Assembly (NCBI GenBank): GCA_964016885.1
Contig: OZ024751.1
Coordinates: 37,076,001 to 37,140,000 of the forward strand
Direction: 5' to 3'
From: Eledone cirrhosa
Lineage: Eukaryota
Length of the DNA stretch: 64,000 nucleotides
Part shown: piece by piece, positions 51,817 through 64,000 of the stretch
Position numbering within the stretch: position 1 is the stretch's first letter
How the letters are laid out: every line of letters begins with the position of its first letter
The notes under the pieces: generated by a model
Told to the model about the DNA's origin: nothing
What the model saw: only the letters and a program-made list of their open reading frames with translations
Databases searched by the model: none
Position numbers and translations under genes: made by a program

Positions 51817-53679
51817 ATGGCGGAGCCACGCCCCCTAGAGGCGGGTCTGCTGTCGTGCAACGGCGACTTGAGCGTTGAGAGGAGAGGTGAGGCGAGGAGC
51901 GCCACCAGCACGAATGTGAGCAGCGACAGTGCCAGCACCAACGGGCCGAGCGGCGCGGAAGGTGGTAACAGCGACAACACCAACACCAACAAGCCGAACA
52001 GCGCAGAAGGTGGTAATAGCGAGAGCACCAACAAGGCCAACAGCACAGAAGGTAACCACGACACAGGGGAGAACAACAACAGCAATAGCAGCAGCAACAC
52101 CAACAAGAACAACAACAGTGACAACACCAACAAGAACACTTTCGCTGCTGTGGCAGCGGCTAAAAGGAGACCATGCTACAGCATCGACTTAACCAACAGA
52201 GAGGAAAAGTTGGCCCAGGCCTGGAAAATCATAAATCAAGAGCAGACCTGGGCAAACTTAACTGTCCCGGCAGAAGCCATTGAGGCAGTGGAAAAAAGAA
52301 CGGTGCATTTCAGATGCATCTCAGTAGAGACAAAGAGGGCAGCGATAATCGCCCAAGCTGACATAGAAGCCGCACTGAAATACATCAGAGAGGACACAGA
52401 CTTCATAGAGAGGGGCAGGCAATACGGCACCGTTTCGGTGCTGTTCAAGTCTGAAGCCCTCGCTGTGAAGCATTCAATGACCCCTTGCAAAACCAGCAAG
52501 GTCATAATGTACCCCTCCCACATGGGAAAACGAATAGCACGTGTGCGCATTCCCAGGATTCCACCAGGACTTGATATGTGGTGGCTCCTGGGTTGCGTAA
52601 TCGTGGAAGGAACGGATACAGTCCCGGTAGAGGCAACGAGAACTGCCAGGGACGACTGGTCCGGGGTTGATCTGGAGATACTGCTCCAAATCAGACCCGA
52701 AAACGTAAAAACAATCCCGGACCACATCCGCCTCCAAAACGGGAGGGTGTTGCATATAATGACTGAGGGCAAAAGGCCGCATTGTTTCCTTTGTGGGGAA
52801 ACGACACACTTGCGAGCCTTCTGCCCTCAACTGCCGAAAAGCGCAAGGGGTCGAAAGATTCCACTGCTGGCGACGCCGGGACAAGGACCACCAGCAACAC
52901 CGTCAACAATGGAACCACCAAAATTGCACACCCAGGGGGGAAACGAGGAAAGCTCTCCCATTCCCCCTCCCCCCCAAAATACACACACGAACAAGAACAT
53001 AAACACTCACTCAGACACAAACACGCTCACAGCCACAGACCCCTCATCCTCCAGCAGTGAAGATGAGGGAAAACCAAAGTCCCCCAAAATACAAAAAACA
53101 AAACACAAAAAAAAAAGAAATCCACAAAGCACAAACACCCCCACAAAAAAAAATACACACACCACCCACACAAACATTTTCCCCACAGCATCACCAACAC
53201 AACCACCAAAATCCCCCAAACGCAAACAAGCTAAACAGACACAAGAACAAATAGACACACAAACATCAGAAACTACAGACACCCCACCCACAACAAACGC
53301 AGACACAATAGAAACAACACTAACAAAGCTATCACCACCACAATCACACGAACAAATAAAACCCGAGCAACAAAACATTAAAAACTTCGTGCTTGCCAGA
53401 AGGGCCAACAAGGAATTGATGGCCCATGTAGCACGAAGCACAAACATCGAAAAAGACGGGGAAACATTTGAAGCGAGCACATTTCGCGTACCAGATAATT
53501 TGCTTCTGATGCGAATGTCGCTCGCTTCATACAAAGAAATTCGAAAGAGCTTTCCTCGGGATGTGGGAACCCCGAACGTAAAACCCACGTCAAGACTATT
53601 AAAGGGGTTCCCAAAAGAAACCCCACAAACCATGGAGGTCGAACCACCCGACCTTCACAAGACCCCGGAAGGTAAGTAA
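51817..53679 (+). CDS. LINE ORF1 (copy 3)
   Basis: 620 aa, zinc knuckle CFLCGETTHLRAFC. Confidence 0.9.
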   Translation: MAEPRPLEAGLLSCNGDLSVERRGEARSATSTNVSSDSASTNGPSGAEGGNSDNTNTNKPNSAEGGNSESTNKANSTEGNHDTGENNNSNSSSNTNKNNNSDNTNKNTFAAVAAAKRRPCYSIDLTNREEKLAQAWKIINQEQTWANLTVPAEAIEAVEKRTVHFRCISVETKRAAIIAQADIEAALKYIREDTDFIERGRQYGTVSVLFKSEALAVKHSMTPCKTSKVIMYPSHMGKRIARVRIPRIPPGLDMWWLLGCVIVEGTDTVPVEATRTARDDWSGVDLEILLQIRPENVKTIPDHIRLQNGRVLHIMTEGKRPHCFLCGETTHLRAFCPQLPKSARGRKIPLLATPGQGPPATPSTMEPPKLHTQGGNEESSPIPPPPQNTHTNKNINTHSDTNTLTATDPSSSSSEDEGKPKSPKIQKTKHKKKRNPQSTNTPTKKNTHTTHTNIFPTASPTQPPKSPKRKQAKQTQEQIDTQTSETTDTPPTTNADTIETTLTKLSPPQSHEQIKPEQQNIKNFVLARRANKELMAHVARSTNIEKDGETFEASTFRVPDNLLLMRMSLASYKEIRKSFPRDVGTPNVKPTSRLLKGFPKETPQTMEVEPPDLHKTPEGK

Positions 53680-53708
53680 ACCTTTCCTCTCCCATTCATC
53701 CTGCCAGC

Positions 53709-56700
53709 ATGGCCATAAGAGTAGGAAGTTTAAATGTTCGTGGCCTGGGGTCGCCCTGGAAGCAAGGTCACTTGCTCAACGACCTCAGGTCACTAGGAAT
53801 GGATGTAATTGCCATCAGCGAGACCAGAATTTCCGACACACGCGCACTGGCGCCGATTTTCGACGATTATCAGATCTTTGCATCTGTTAGTCGGCCGGGA
53901 ATGGGAGGTGGAGTGGCTGTGCTGTTTAGGAAATGTCTGGATCTCGAGGTAAGGTCAATCTTCCGGGATCCTGACGGAAAGTTGGTGGTCCTGGACGTGA
54001 GCAATAGCGAAGGTGGTGCCTTTAGACTGGTGGCCGTCTACGCCCCTACTGGGGCCGGTCGGCCGGACTTCTTTAGGCGCCTGGAAAACTTTCTGCTTAC
54101 GTCTCGCCCTTTACTGTTAATAGGGGATTGGAATGGCATCTTAGAAGCACGCTGGGATTGTGTGGGAGTATCTGATAGGAGCGGGGGGTGCAAAAGCCTC
54201 AAGTACCTGATCAGCCAGTTTCAACTGTCTGACAGGTACCGACTAGATTTCCCTAATGCGCCAGTATGGACCTGGACCAATCGCATAGGGTCATCTAGAT
54301 CGTACATAGATAGGATTTTCATTAGGAAAAGAGATAGAAATAGTGTAGGATGTCCACATTTTAAAACGGTTGCCTATTCAGATCACAAGCTTGTGATCTG
54401 TATGGTCGACCTAGATAAGACACGTAGGTTAGGACCTAGCTACTGGAAGCTAAACATGTCGTTTCCGGCACGTAAAGCTTACAGGGACCGGGTCAACAAC
54501 TTAGTTAAGCAAAAGTTGACAGGGGGGGTTGTCAACAACAGGTGGTGGGGGGCACTCAAAAGAGAGATTAGAGCAACCTCGATAGGATTTAGCAAAGAAG
54601 TAGCAATAGAGAAAAATAGAAAGGAGGAGGGGCTGATAGCTAAGTTAGACGAGGCTATTTGTAGTGGCATTGCAACAGACGTGCTAGCGGCGAGAATGGC
54701 ACTAGACCATTTCTTCAATGCGAAACACGAAGGTTGCATTGTCAGAGCTAAGGCGCGTGCTCTGAGGAACGAGGGAACCAAAGCTGCCCGATGGGCTCGC
54801 TTTGCAGAGACGCAGCGTGGAAATAAAACCACAATTCGGTCTTTGATGGATCGAGATGGACACGAACTGAGCGATTCCAAGCAGATGTGTGAGGCCTTTC
54901 GCCAGCACTTTGCTCGATTGTTCGGGAGGATGGGTGAGTCGGAGACGGCGGCGGACTTCAGTCCCTACCTCGACGGCTTGCCACGCCTCTCGACGGCCGA
55001 CGCTGAGCGCTGCGAAGAGCCGATAACATCAGCCGAAATTCAGGACGCCCTTGTCGGCTGCTCGAGTCGCAAGTCACCCGGTTTGGATGGTCTGCCCTAC
55101 GAGCTTTACGTAAATATGCCAGACTTGTTCTCCGATCTCCTCGAAGCGCTCTACTGCAACTGGCAGCAGAACGGGAGCATTCCCAGTTCTGTGAGCCGTG
55201 GCGTAGTGACGCTGATAAGGAAAGACGAGAACAAGAGGGACACACTAGATAATTTCAGGCCCATAACCCTGCTCAACACAGAGTTTAAGATTTTGGCCAA
55301 GGTGTTAGCGAAAAGGTTGGCGCTTGTCGTCAAAGATTTGGTTGGGGAGGCGCAAACTTGCGCAATCCCGACCAGGTCCATACACGACAACCTCCACCTC
55401 ATGCGATACATCATAGAGAGGGTTGGGTGCAAACCTGGCTTCGGTGGGGCTCTGATCAATTTAGATCAATCGAAAGCATTCGATAGGGTCGACCATCGGT
55501 ACTTGGAGGCTGTCCTCGAGGCGGCTGGCTTCGGCCCCGTCTTCAGAAGCTGGATCGCTGCAATGTACAGCGGCATCCGCTCGGTGGTCAAAGTTAATGG
55601 CCACCTCTCGGAACCGTTTCAGATCTCTCGATCGGTCCGTCAAGGGTGCCCTCTCTCCTCACTTCTGTACGTATTGACTCTTGAGCCTCTACTGCGGAAG
55701 CTGGAGTTGTTGCAGGGCATCCCGCTCGAACCGGGACGTAGAAAGGCTGCGTCCGCTTATGCGGACGACATCACCGTGATGGTGTCGGACACCTCGGAAA
55801 TCGAGGTGATCCGCACCCATTTGGAGGAATATGAAAGGTTGACGGGAGCAAAACTTAACCCGGAAAAGTCGGTGGGCTTGCAGCTCGGCACCTGGAGAGG
55901 CAAGTCCATGCCGTCCAACAGCGTCGTTGGGCGCTGGACAGACGGACCGGTAAAGTTGCTCGGGGTTTGGTTCGGACCAGACCTCCAGGTGGATAAGAAT
56001 TGGGACGAGGTGACGAGCAGGATAGCCAACCTCACCCAGAAATGGGCTGAGAGAAAGCTATCACTGAAAGGGCGGGCGGAGGTGGCGAACGCGTACATCG
56101 CGTCCGTCATCTACTACCGCCTGACCGTCGTGCCTTGCCCCCGTCCACGCCTCGCCAATTTGGAACGGCTCCTTTTCAAATTTTTGTGGAGGGGACGGGT
56201 CCCGTTGGTGAGGCGGTCCATCTGCTGCCAGCACCCTCTTCGTGGAGGGCTGGGCATGCCGTGGCTAATGATGCGCAGACATGCGCTGAGGCTGCGACAT
56301 CTCCAGATATTTTGCCTAAACGGTGAACAGGTGTGGTCGCCGTTTGTTAGACGGGCCTTTCCGCAGCTCATCTCTTTGACTGAGCTGCAGTCCTGGGTCA
56401 AGAAGAGACCGAGACTGGGCGACTGGCATCTGGAATGTTGCCAGGCGCTCACTGCACTCTGCAAGGTGGGCAATGCGGTCAGTGGAACTTCCACTCAAGA
56501 TTTCTATAGAGGATTAGTGGAGGGCAAGTGCGATGACGTACTAGGAGAGGCTCTGGGCGTCAACGAAGTAGAACTGACCAGTATGTTCCGGAGGACTTTC
56601 GAGCCGGGGACGATGGATAACTTCCAGAAATCCCTCGCTTGGCAGTGCTACCGGGGGGCGCTGCCGGTTCGGGATAAACTCTACAGGCACGGAAGTGCTG

Positions 56701-57128
56701 TCAGACGAACCTGCCCGAGATGCGCGCAGAGCGACGAAACCGTTCTGCACGCACTCGTCCAGTGTCCGTGCATTGCTGACTTGTGGGGTTATGTCGAACA
56801 GCTATTGTCGCGTGTAGAACGGATCCGGCTATCGTCCGAGTCCATAGTGAAGATTGACCCGCCGCCTTCTTTTGGTCAGGAAGGGCAGGCAATTTTCCTC
56901 TGCCTGGTGGCAGTAGCGAAAGAGGTTGCATGGTGGACCAGGTTGAAAGGACTGAAGACAGACACTTTTCTCTTCGGCCAATCCCTCATCAACTTCTTCA
57001 AGTTTCACTTGGAAAGGAAGGTGAGGGTGGAGAGAGAAGTGCTGCCCCCCAGTACATTTACTGAAAGGTGGGTGAATGTGGCGAGAATGGCCCGCGTGAG
57101 TGGGCCTACTCTGATCATGCGCCTGTAG
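53709..57128 (+). CDS. LINE ORF2 APE-RT-CCHC (copy 3)
   Basis: 1139 aa intact; all catalytic motifs as in copy 2. Confidence 0.97.
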   Translation: MAIRVGSLNVRGLGSPWKQGHLLNDLRSLGMDVIAISETRISDTRALAPIFDDYQIFASVSRPGMGGGVAVLFRKCLDLEVRSIFRDPDGKLVVLDVSNSEGGAFRLVAVYAPTGAGRPDFFRRLENFLLTSRPLLLIGDWNGILEARWDCVGVSDRSGGCKSLKYLISQFQLSDRYRLDFPNAPVWTWTNRIGSSRSYIDRIFIRKRDRNSVGCPHFKTVAYSDHKLVICMVDLDKTRRLGPSYWKLNMSFPARKAYRDRVNNLVKQKLTGGVVNNRWWGALKREIRATSIGFSKEVAIEKNRKEEGLIAKLDEAICSGIATDVLAARMALDHFFNAKHEGCIVRAKARALRNEGTKAARWARFAETQRGNKTTIRSLMDRDGHELSDSKQMCEAFRQHFARLFGRMGESETAADFSPYLDGLPRLSTADAERCEEPITSAEIQDALVGCSSRKSPGLDGLPYELYVNMPDLFSDLLEALYCNWQQNGSIPSSVSRGVVTLIRKDENKRDTLDNFRPITLLNTEFKILAKVLAKRLALVVKDLVGEAQTCAIPTRSIHDNLHLMRYIIERVGCKPGFGGALINLDQSKAFDRVDHRYLEAVLEAAGFGPVFRSWIAAMYSGIRSVVKVNGHLSEPFQISRSVRQGCPLSSLLYVLTLEPLLRKLELLQGIPLEPGRRKAASAYADDITVMVSDTSEIEVIRTHLEEYERLTGAKLNPEKSVGLQLGTWRGKSMPSNSVVGRWTDGPVKLLGVWFGPDLQVDKNWDEVTSRIANLTQKWAERKLSLKGRAEVANAYIASVIYYRLTVVPCPRPRLANLERLLFKFLWRGRVPLVRRSICCQHPLRGGLGMPWLMMRRHALRLRHLQIFCLNGEQVWSPFVRRAFPQLISLTELQSWVKKRPRLGDWHLECCQALTALCKVGNAVSGTSTQDFYRGLVEGKCDDVLGEALGVNEVELTSMFRRTFEPGTMDNFQKSLAWQCYRGALPVRDKLYRHGSAVRRTCPRCAQSDETVLHALVQCPCIADLWGYVEQLLSRVERIRLSSESIVKIDPPPSFGQEGQAIFLCLVAVAKEVAWWTRLKGLKTDTFLFGQSLINFFKFHLERKVRVEREVLPPSTFTERWVNVARMARVSGPTLIMRL

Positions 57129-57518
57129 GCTGGTGAATTCGAGAAGGAGAGGGGTGCCCTTCCCGGGTGCCCTAGGAGCGTCGGGTGACTCAGGACTGGT
57201 GGGGTGCTTGAGTCAACCCTGGGTGGTGATCCCTCTTATTGGGGAACTTTCATTGTTGTATTTTTATTGTTATTTTGTTTTTGTTTTTTTGTTATTTATA
57301 CTTACTCGATCTCTATGTAAACCCCCACTGTCCCTGTCTATTGTGTTGTCCCCTATATGTCGGCCCTTGTGGCCAATAAATGAAATCATTATTATTATTA
57401 TTATTTTTTTTTTGGAGAATAGAAAATTGAGTAAGAATGTCATTATAGATGGAATACGAAAAAAAAAGCTTCAAGGAGAGAGAGAGATAGAGAGAAAGAG
57501 AGAAAGAGAGAAAGAGAG

Positions 57519-57579
<61 letters not shown>

Positions 57580-58062
57580 CTGATTGATTTAATTTTATTG
57601 AATGTTACTGGGTTTTTTTCTTATATACATTTTTTTTTATATTTATGTCTAAATATTTTTATTTCATTTTATTGTTTTCTTTCCGTTAGTGTTATTACTT
57701 TTTTTTTGTATATATTTATTTATTTGTTCAACTATTTTTTTTATTTTCTTCTTATTTTGTTTAAATATCAGATCGGAAATGAAAGTCTCGTGGAGCAGCT
57801 TTAGATTACCTCTAATAAAGTAGACATCAGGTGAGTTGCAATAGAATTGTTAAATGAAACTAAAAGATTAAACTACGTGATTTTGTATGTAATTTAAGGG
57901 TGTGTTTTTCTTATACATATTTTTATCTTTGTTGGTTACTTTTGGTTTTAGTTTACTCTAATAAATTTTAGATTTACTATTTACTTTAGAAACGAACATG
58001 GGAACATAGCAGTGGAAAACAATTGTGTATTGTTGTCATTTGATCATTTTATTCCTGTACGC

Positions 58063-58150
<88 letters not shown>

Positions 58151-58326
58151 TTATGCATACTCCAGTCCCACAAACTGTAGAGTGCTTCTTATCCGATATC
58201 TGCATTGCTTTATTGTACTACAATAAAACTCACCTCCTACATATATATATATATATATATATTAGTTAACTGTGTTACGTATGTGTGTATCTATCTATAT
58301 ATATATATTAGTTAAGCGTGTTAAGC

Positions 58327-58394
<68 letters not shown>

Positions 58395-58576
58395 TTATAC
58401 TTTGGGAGGGTCATGTTGCCAATAAGAAACACACGCATATCATATATATATATATATATTAATAAGAGGAATTCCAACTTTGTCTGATTTACTCGTTTTA
58501 TTTACAATCCTTTAAAATATATATAATGGTATTATAATGAAATAGTATGATAGAATATTAAATTCTAAGTGTTAAT

Positions 58577-58615
58577 TGAACAAGTACTTTCATGCTTTCG
58601 CAATCTTCAGGTTCA
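58577..58615 (-). ncRNA. Minimal hammerhead ribozyme (left arm of palindrome)
   Basis: TGAAC-CTGAAGA-T-TGC(GAAA)GCA-T-GAA-AGTACT-T-GTTCA. Confidence 0.8.
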
Positions 58616-58710
58616 TGATATGTGGTGACAGTCGAGTTTGCAATTTTCAACTGTCAATTTTCACAATTTTCACAGTTGAAAATTGCAAACTCGACTGTCA
58701 CCACATATCA

Positions 58711-58749
58711 TGAACCTGAAGATTGCGAAAGCATGAAAGTAATTGTTCA
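58711..58749 (+). ncRNA. Minimal hammerhead ribozyme (right arm; stem III point mutation)
   Basis: TGAAC-CTGAAGA-TTGCGAAAGCAT-GAAAGTAATT-GTTCA. Confidence 0.7.
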
Positions 58750-58994
58750 ATTAACACTTAGAATTTAATATTCTATCATACTATTTCATTATAATACCAT
58801 TATATATATTTTAAAGGATTGTAAATAAAACGAGTAAATCAGACAAAGTTGGAATTCCTCTTATTAATATAATCTTCTATACACAATCATACACACCCGT
58901 GTATATTTACCTATCTATATCTATATATATATATATATATATATGATATGCGTGTGTTTCTTATTGGCAACATGACCCCCCCAAAGTATAACAA

Positions 58995-59053
<59 letters not shown>

Positions 59054-59114
59054 GCTTAACACGCTTAACTAATATATATATATAGATAGATACACACATA
59101 CGTAGCACAGTTAA

Positions 59115-59198
<84 letters not shown>

Positions 59199-59412
59199 AT
59201 ATATGTTAGTTAAGTGCGTTACAGGCGGTGCACCGTTCGAAGCACTCGGTGCTGCATACGAGGTCCGTTTCACTTGGGTTGTATTCCATTTCTACGTCTA
59301 TAGAGTACAGAATGTAAATAGATTTAAAAGAGACGAAGCCAGAAATGCATCATAGATGTGTCTTTGTACATTTGTTGTAACACTGACTTCGCCTCATCTC
59401 TCTCTATCTCTA

Positions 59413-59494
<82 letters not shown>

Positions 59495-59566
59495 CATATA
59501 TATATTTTAAATTCAAAGGTAGAGGAAATACTGTATATATTTTATGTAATATTTCTTCAAACTTGC

Positions 59567-59609
<43 letters not shown>

Positions 59610-59612
<3 letters not shown>

Positions 59613-59824
59613 CGAAGGAAATGTGGTAAGGAACCAGATGGACCATAACGCACCAAAGTACTCAATACTTAGGGTAGTAGAGTGGGTAATAAGAACGAAA
59701 AGGACCCCGACGGCTGAGCTCAAGCCGTTTCGACGGCTAATTCTGGACTAAAACTAAACTAATTTTAGTCCACAATTAGCCGTCGAAACGGCTTGAGCTC
59801 AGCCGTCGGGGTCCTACTCGTTCC

Positions 59825-59825
<1 letters not shown>
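59610..59825 (-). mobile_element. Palindromic TA-embedded element, family C
   Basis: Arms about 59690-59824 with GAAACGGC-TTGAGCTCA-GCCGTC-GGGGTC; tail 59610-59690 matches the 9010-9089 tail. Confidence 0.7.
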
Positions 59826-59860
<35 letters not shown>

Positions 59861-59979
59861 TTGAGTTTGAATTAATTTTCCCACATCTTACGTTAAGTAT
59901 TTTCCCATTTTGACGCTATAGTCACATATATATTATGGAATACTGTTGGCTTCTTGCTACAATACTTTCTATACCTTTC

Positions 59980-60045
<66 letters not shown>

Positions 60046-60050
<5 letters not shown>

Positions 60051-60220
60051 TCTACTTTTGGCACAAGGCCAGTACTTTACTGGTATTTATTTTATCGACC
60101 TCGTAAGGATGATAGGCAAAGTAAACCACGGCGGCATTTGAACTCAGAACACAAAGGGCCGTAACTCTTTGCTGCAAAGCATGGCGTCCGACCCTCTACT
60201 GATACTCTCAATCCACCGCT
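60046..60220 (-). mobile_element. SINE copy
   Basis: Family consensus. Confidence 0.85.
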
Positions 60221-60370
60221 CTTATATAATATATAATCTGTTTAACTTGATTTAACGTCTAGACGCCCTATTACTAACATAACCATAAACATAATATTCG
60301 ATGCTTTATTTAGTAACTAGAGTTCAATTTCTGCCTCATTATTACAACACAAGACTGTGTTATATAATAA

Positions 60371-60561
60371 GGGCGATGGATTGGCAGTATCGGTAGAGGG
60401 TCGGACGCCATGCTTTCCAGCATAGTTACGTCCCTTTAAGATCTGAGTTCAAATCCCGCCGAGGTTGACTTTGCCTTTCATCCTTACGGGGTCGATAAAA
60501 TAAAGTACCAGTAATGCACTGGGTAATTGCTGGCCTTGTGTCTAAATTAGAAACAATTATT
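60371..60561 (+). mobile_element. SINE copy, full-length
   Basis: Family consensus; TA(C/T)AACACAAGACT repeated on both sides (TSD-like). Confidence 0.88.
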
Positions 60562-62448
60562 ATAACACAAGACTCTGTAAGTCTGGTCTTCCACAACCAT
60601 GCTCATTGCATGTTCTCCTGACCGAATCTATATAACTGGACTGACACGCATGTCGTTTGGGAGAGACATTGAGATATAATATATGCAAGAACCGAATGTG
60701 AAAAACAAATCCAAGCATTCTATGGATGATATGAGACGAGCAGGAGAGTTCATTAGAAATTCAGTGTAGCGTGACACTGGCCATCTCTGAAAGCAATGGA
60801 AGTCTGTGATTTCTCTATTTCTCTATTTCTCTCTGTCATTGCACATAAATTTGCATTACACATTCCATCTTTCTCTAGAGTCAGAAACTCTTAAAACGAA
60901 AACGAAGACGCAAACGAAAACGCAAAGACGCCATCACGAATATTTCTGGAGAAATACTATCCAAAATAAAACCGAAGTAATAATTCACGAAGGAATTATG
61001 GAAAAATTTACGACAATAAGATCTCGGAGGTCATTATACAATGACTGCCCGCCTCATATCATTATTTTTTTCTGTTTTTATTTCTTATTTCATATTTTTA
61101 TTTCCAATTGTATTCATCTATATTGTGCAACTGAACCAAAAGCAATGGTGATTGACAGTGGGGAAGATGGAATATTATGACATGTTAAAGGAAATATTAA
61201 TAGACTTGATAATAAATTCCAAACTTCTACGTGACGTAAAGCAAAGTCTGGAGGCTATGGCAGTTTTCATTCCAAGATTACAACTGCATTCCGAAAATAC
61301 TGTTCAACGCTATGCTCTACAAAATCGGTGCACAACTATAATATATCAAAATGTCTTATCATATTCACGAATGTCATGATTATGATGATGATGATATACA
61401 TATATATATATATCGTCATGACGATCATAACTGAGATCATAATAAGATCAATATCGCTGTTTAACCCACTACTATTTCCATCATCATCATCATCATCACC
61501 ATATTTGTGTAGGCTACGTTCATTGTTTTAATATTCATTTGGTCTTGTCATTGTCGAAAACTTTAGGACAAATCTGGAAGTGTAGCACGCGGTAATATTC
61601 CGAAGTAAAGACACACGCGATCGCACCCACATAGTCACACATTATTATTTAGATACTGCCCTGTGGATAAGCTTAGACCGTTTTCATAGGAAACAATCCC
61701 TATAATAGAATTTACACTATATTTTCATTAAATATAGATTAGTAACATGAATAATTGCCTTACTGCTCTTAACTAGTAACATCTCATCTAACTCTCTTTG
61801 TCTCTCTCTAAATTCGTTTTTTCCATCATAGAAATCATTTACAATCTCTCTCTCTTTCTCTCTCCACACACGCACACACACACAGAGACCTACACACACA
61901 CAGAGAAGCGTGTACACAAATCTATTTAATGTCCTACAAATAATTTCCGATAAGAATTAAGCAATGATGCCAACAAGACAACATTAATAACGCATATAGC
62001 CACCCAAACATTGTGTAACTCGAACACTTAACTACAACAACAACAACAACAACAACACCAATATCGAAATCGAAATAAAAACAATAGCAATAACAATAGG
62101 AACAATAATAACAACAAAAACACCATCCCAAACAATAATAACAACAACAAAACCAACTTCAACAAAAACAACAACAATAACAACAACGTCAGTAACAATA
62201 ACAACAGCAGCAGTAATATCAACAAGGTCAGCACCAACATCAATGATAATAAAACATCATCAGCTACAACAGCAACAACAATAATAGTAAGAAGAACAAT
62301 AGGCATAGCAACAACAACAAAAACAACATAGAAAACATAGAAGAAGAGGAAAGCAAAGATAAAATCAAAAAAATAAAGAAAGATATAGAGAGAGAGACAG
62401 AGATAGATTGAAAGCAGGAAAGAGAGATAGATAGAGAGAGAGAGTGGG

Positions 62449-62524
<76 letters not shown>

Positions 62525-62548
62525 TAGAAGAGAGAGAGAGAGAGTAGT

Positions 62549-62608
<60 letters not shown>

Positions 62609-62609
62609 T

Positions 62610-62660
<51 letters not shown>

Positions 62661-62799
62661 GAGGGGGGAGGGAAGAGAAATTAGGAAAGAGATAGAGAGT
62701 GGGGAAGAGAGAGCGAAGATATTTGAGAGAGAGTTGAGAAAATAGTGAAGAGCAGAGATTGAGGGTAGTTTAGAGAGAATGGGCAGGAGATGGTAGTGG

Positions 62800-62853
<54 letters not shown>

Positions 62854-63457
62854 AGGAGAGAATGAGAGATTGGGATGAGAGAGTAGGAGAAAAAGAGAGA
62901 GTGGGGAAGAGGGAATGATGGTAAGTGAGAGGGCCTTTAAGAGAGAACTGGAGAGGAAGGAGTATAACATTATATTTTGAATGGGATAGTTCACAGACAA
63001 AACTTATCTATGTTTGAGGAAGACAGATAAATATACAAAATAAAATATAAAAAAAAAATACTCAAATAAAAATCAGACAAAACGACGTATATTTCCCTCC
63101 CTCACAAGCATCCATGTTGGAAAGATAAAGAAAAAAAATGTAGCATACAAACAACAACATCAACAACAACAAGAACAACAACAACAACAATAACAACAGC
63201 AACAACAACAGCAGTAACAACAACAGCAACAACAACAACACCAGCAGCTGCAACAACAACAACAGCAACAAAAAAAACAACAAAAAAAAAAACGACAACA
63301 ACAACAACAACAGCAGCAACATATATTTGTTCCTTCCCATCCTAGTGGATATCCACGTCTCTCGATATATTCAAAGACTCATGCAAATTCATTAAAAATA
63401 AATACAATATCAATATATGCTGTAATCAATAACGAATATTAATAGATACAAAAAATA

Positions 63458-63524
<67 letters not shown>

Positions 63525-63891
63525 AAGAAGGGGAATAAAAAATAAGTGAAAAAAACATGGAGGAAATAACACAAAAGAAACAAGAGTAACGAAAGGAAGT
63601 AAAGCGTGTCAAAGGTTAAGCATTTTGGGAGCATTTATTTGCAAGTACGAGAAACTCGGTGAGAACGATTTAACCTTTCAACTTGCTGCTTGTTGAAGCG
63701 CATGCGTATATAACAGACATTGACTGATTGTGTCTGCATGTGTGCAAGTGCTCATACATACACAGCCACAGATAGTATACACGCACAAACACATTATATA
63801 CATACATATATACAAATATATATACATATATATATATATACATTTATATATACAAATATATATACAAATATATATACATTTATATATACAA

Positions 63892-63937
<46 letters not shown>

Positions 63938-64000
63938 ATATGTCTGTTTGAGTCTATACGTGTGTGTATGTGTGTACAACATTTTGCAGTTCGATATATG

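Larger units (their letters stand above)
51606..57387 (+). mobile_element. Full-length L1/Tx1-clade LINE, copy 3 (both ORFs intact)
   Basis: Offset 5795 nt from copy 2; private variants T>M and W>S in ORF2 and a ~5-nt 3'UTR insertion; followed by (ATT)6 (57388-57405). Confidence 0.96.
58456..58915 (+). mobile_element. Palindromic PLE pLTR remnant
   Basis: ~200-bp arms (58456-58654 / 58672-58870), hammerhead in each arm, ~45-nt tail. Confidence 0.8.

Noticed and set aside
40015-57387. LTR retrotransposon or telomeric HeT-A/TART-type array
   Set aside because: No LTR, integrase or protease; ordinary genomic DNA continues on both sides and there are no telomeric repeats.
60806-61531. Cluster of 67-124 aa ORFs in unique-looking DNA
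   Set aside because: No recognisable domain, low-complexity stretches and no convincing exon structure.

Overview
AT-rich, microsatellite-saturated eukaryotic intergenic or intronic DNA. The (TA)n/(CA)n/(GA)n density and the dominant tRNA-SINE family point to a cephalopod (octopus-like) genome; this is an inference. No host protein-coding gene is recognisable, and almost all listed ORFs are translations of simple repeats. Real content: (1) A head-to-tail array of three near-identical, full-length ~5.78 kb two-ORF L1/Tx1-clade LINEs (40015-57387) with exactly (ATT)6 at all four junctions; two copies are fully intact. (2) More than 15 copies of a tRNA-derived SINE whose 3' end (stem-loop with CTTGT loop plus (ATT)n) resembles the 3' end of that LINE, so this is a candidate SINE/LINE partnership. 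(3) A 5'-truncated R4/Dong-type RLE retroelement in (AAT)n. (4) About 20 short elements embedded in (TA)n, many of them palindromic, carrying complete, variant or half minimal hammerhead ribozymes; one retains a GIY-YIG endonuclease remnant, so they look like Penelope-like element ends. (5) Several (TA)n-hinged fold-back duplications and a CTCF-like plus tandem ETS cassette between direct repeats. All alignments and folds were done by eye; coordinates of degenerate repeats are approximate.
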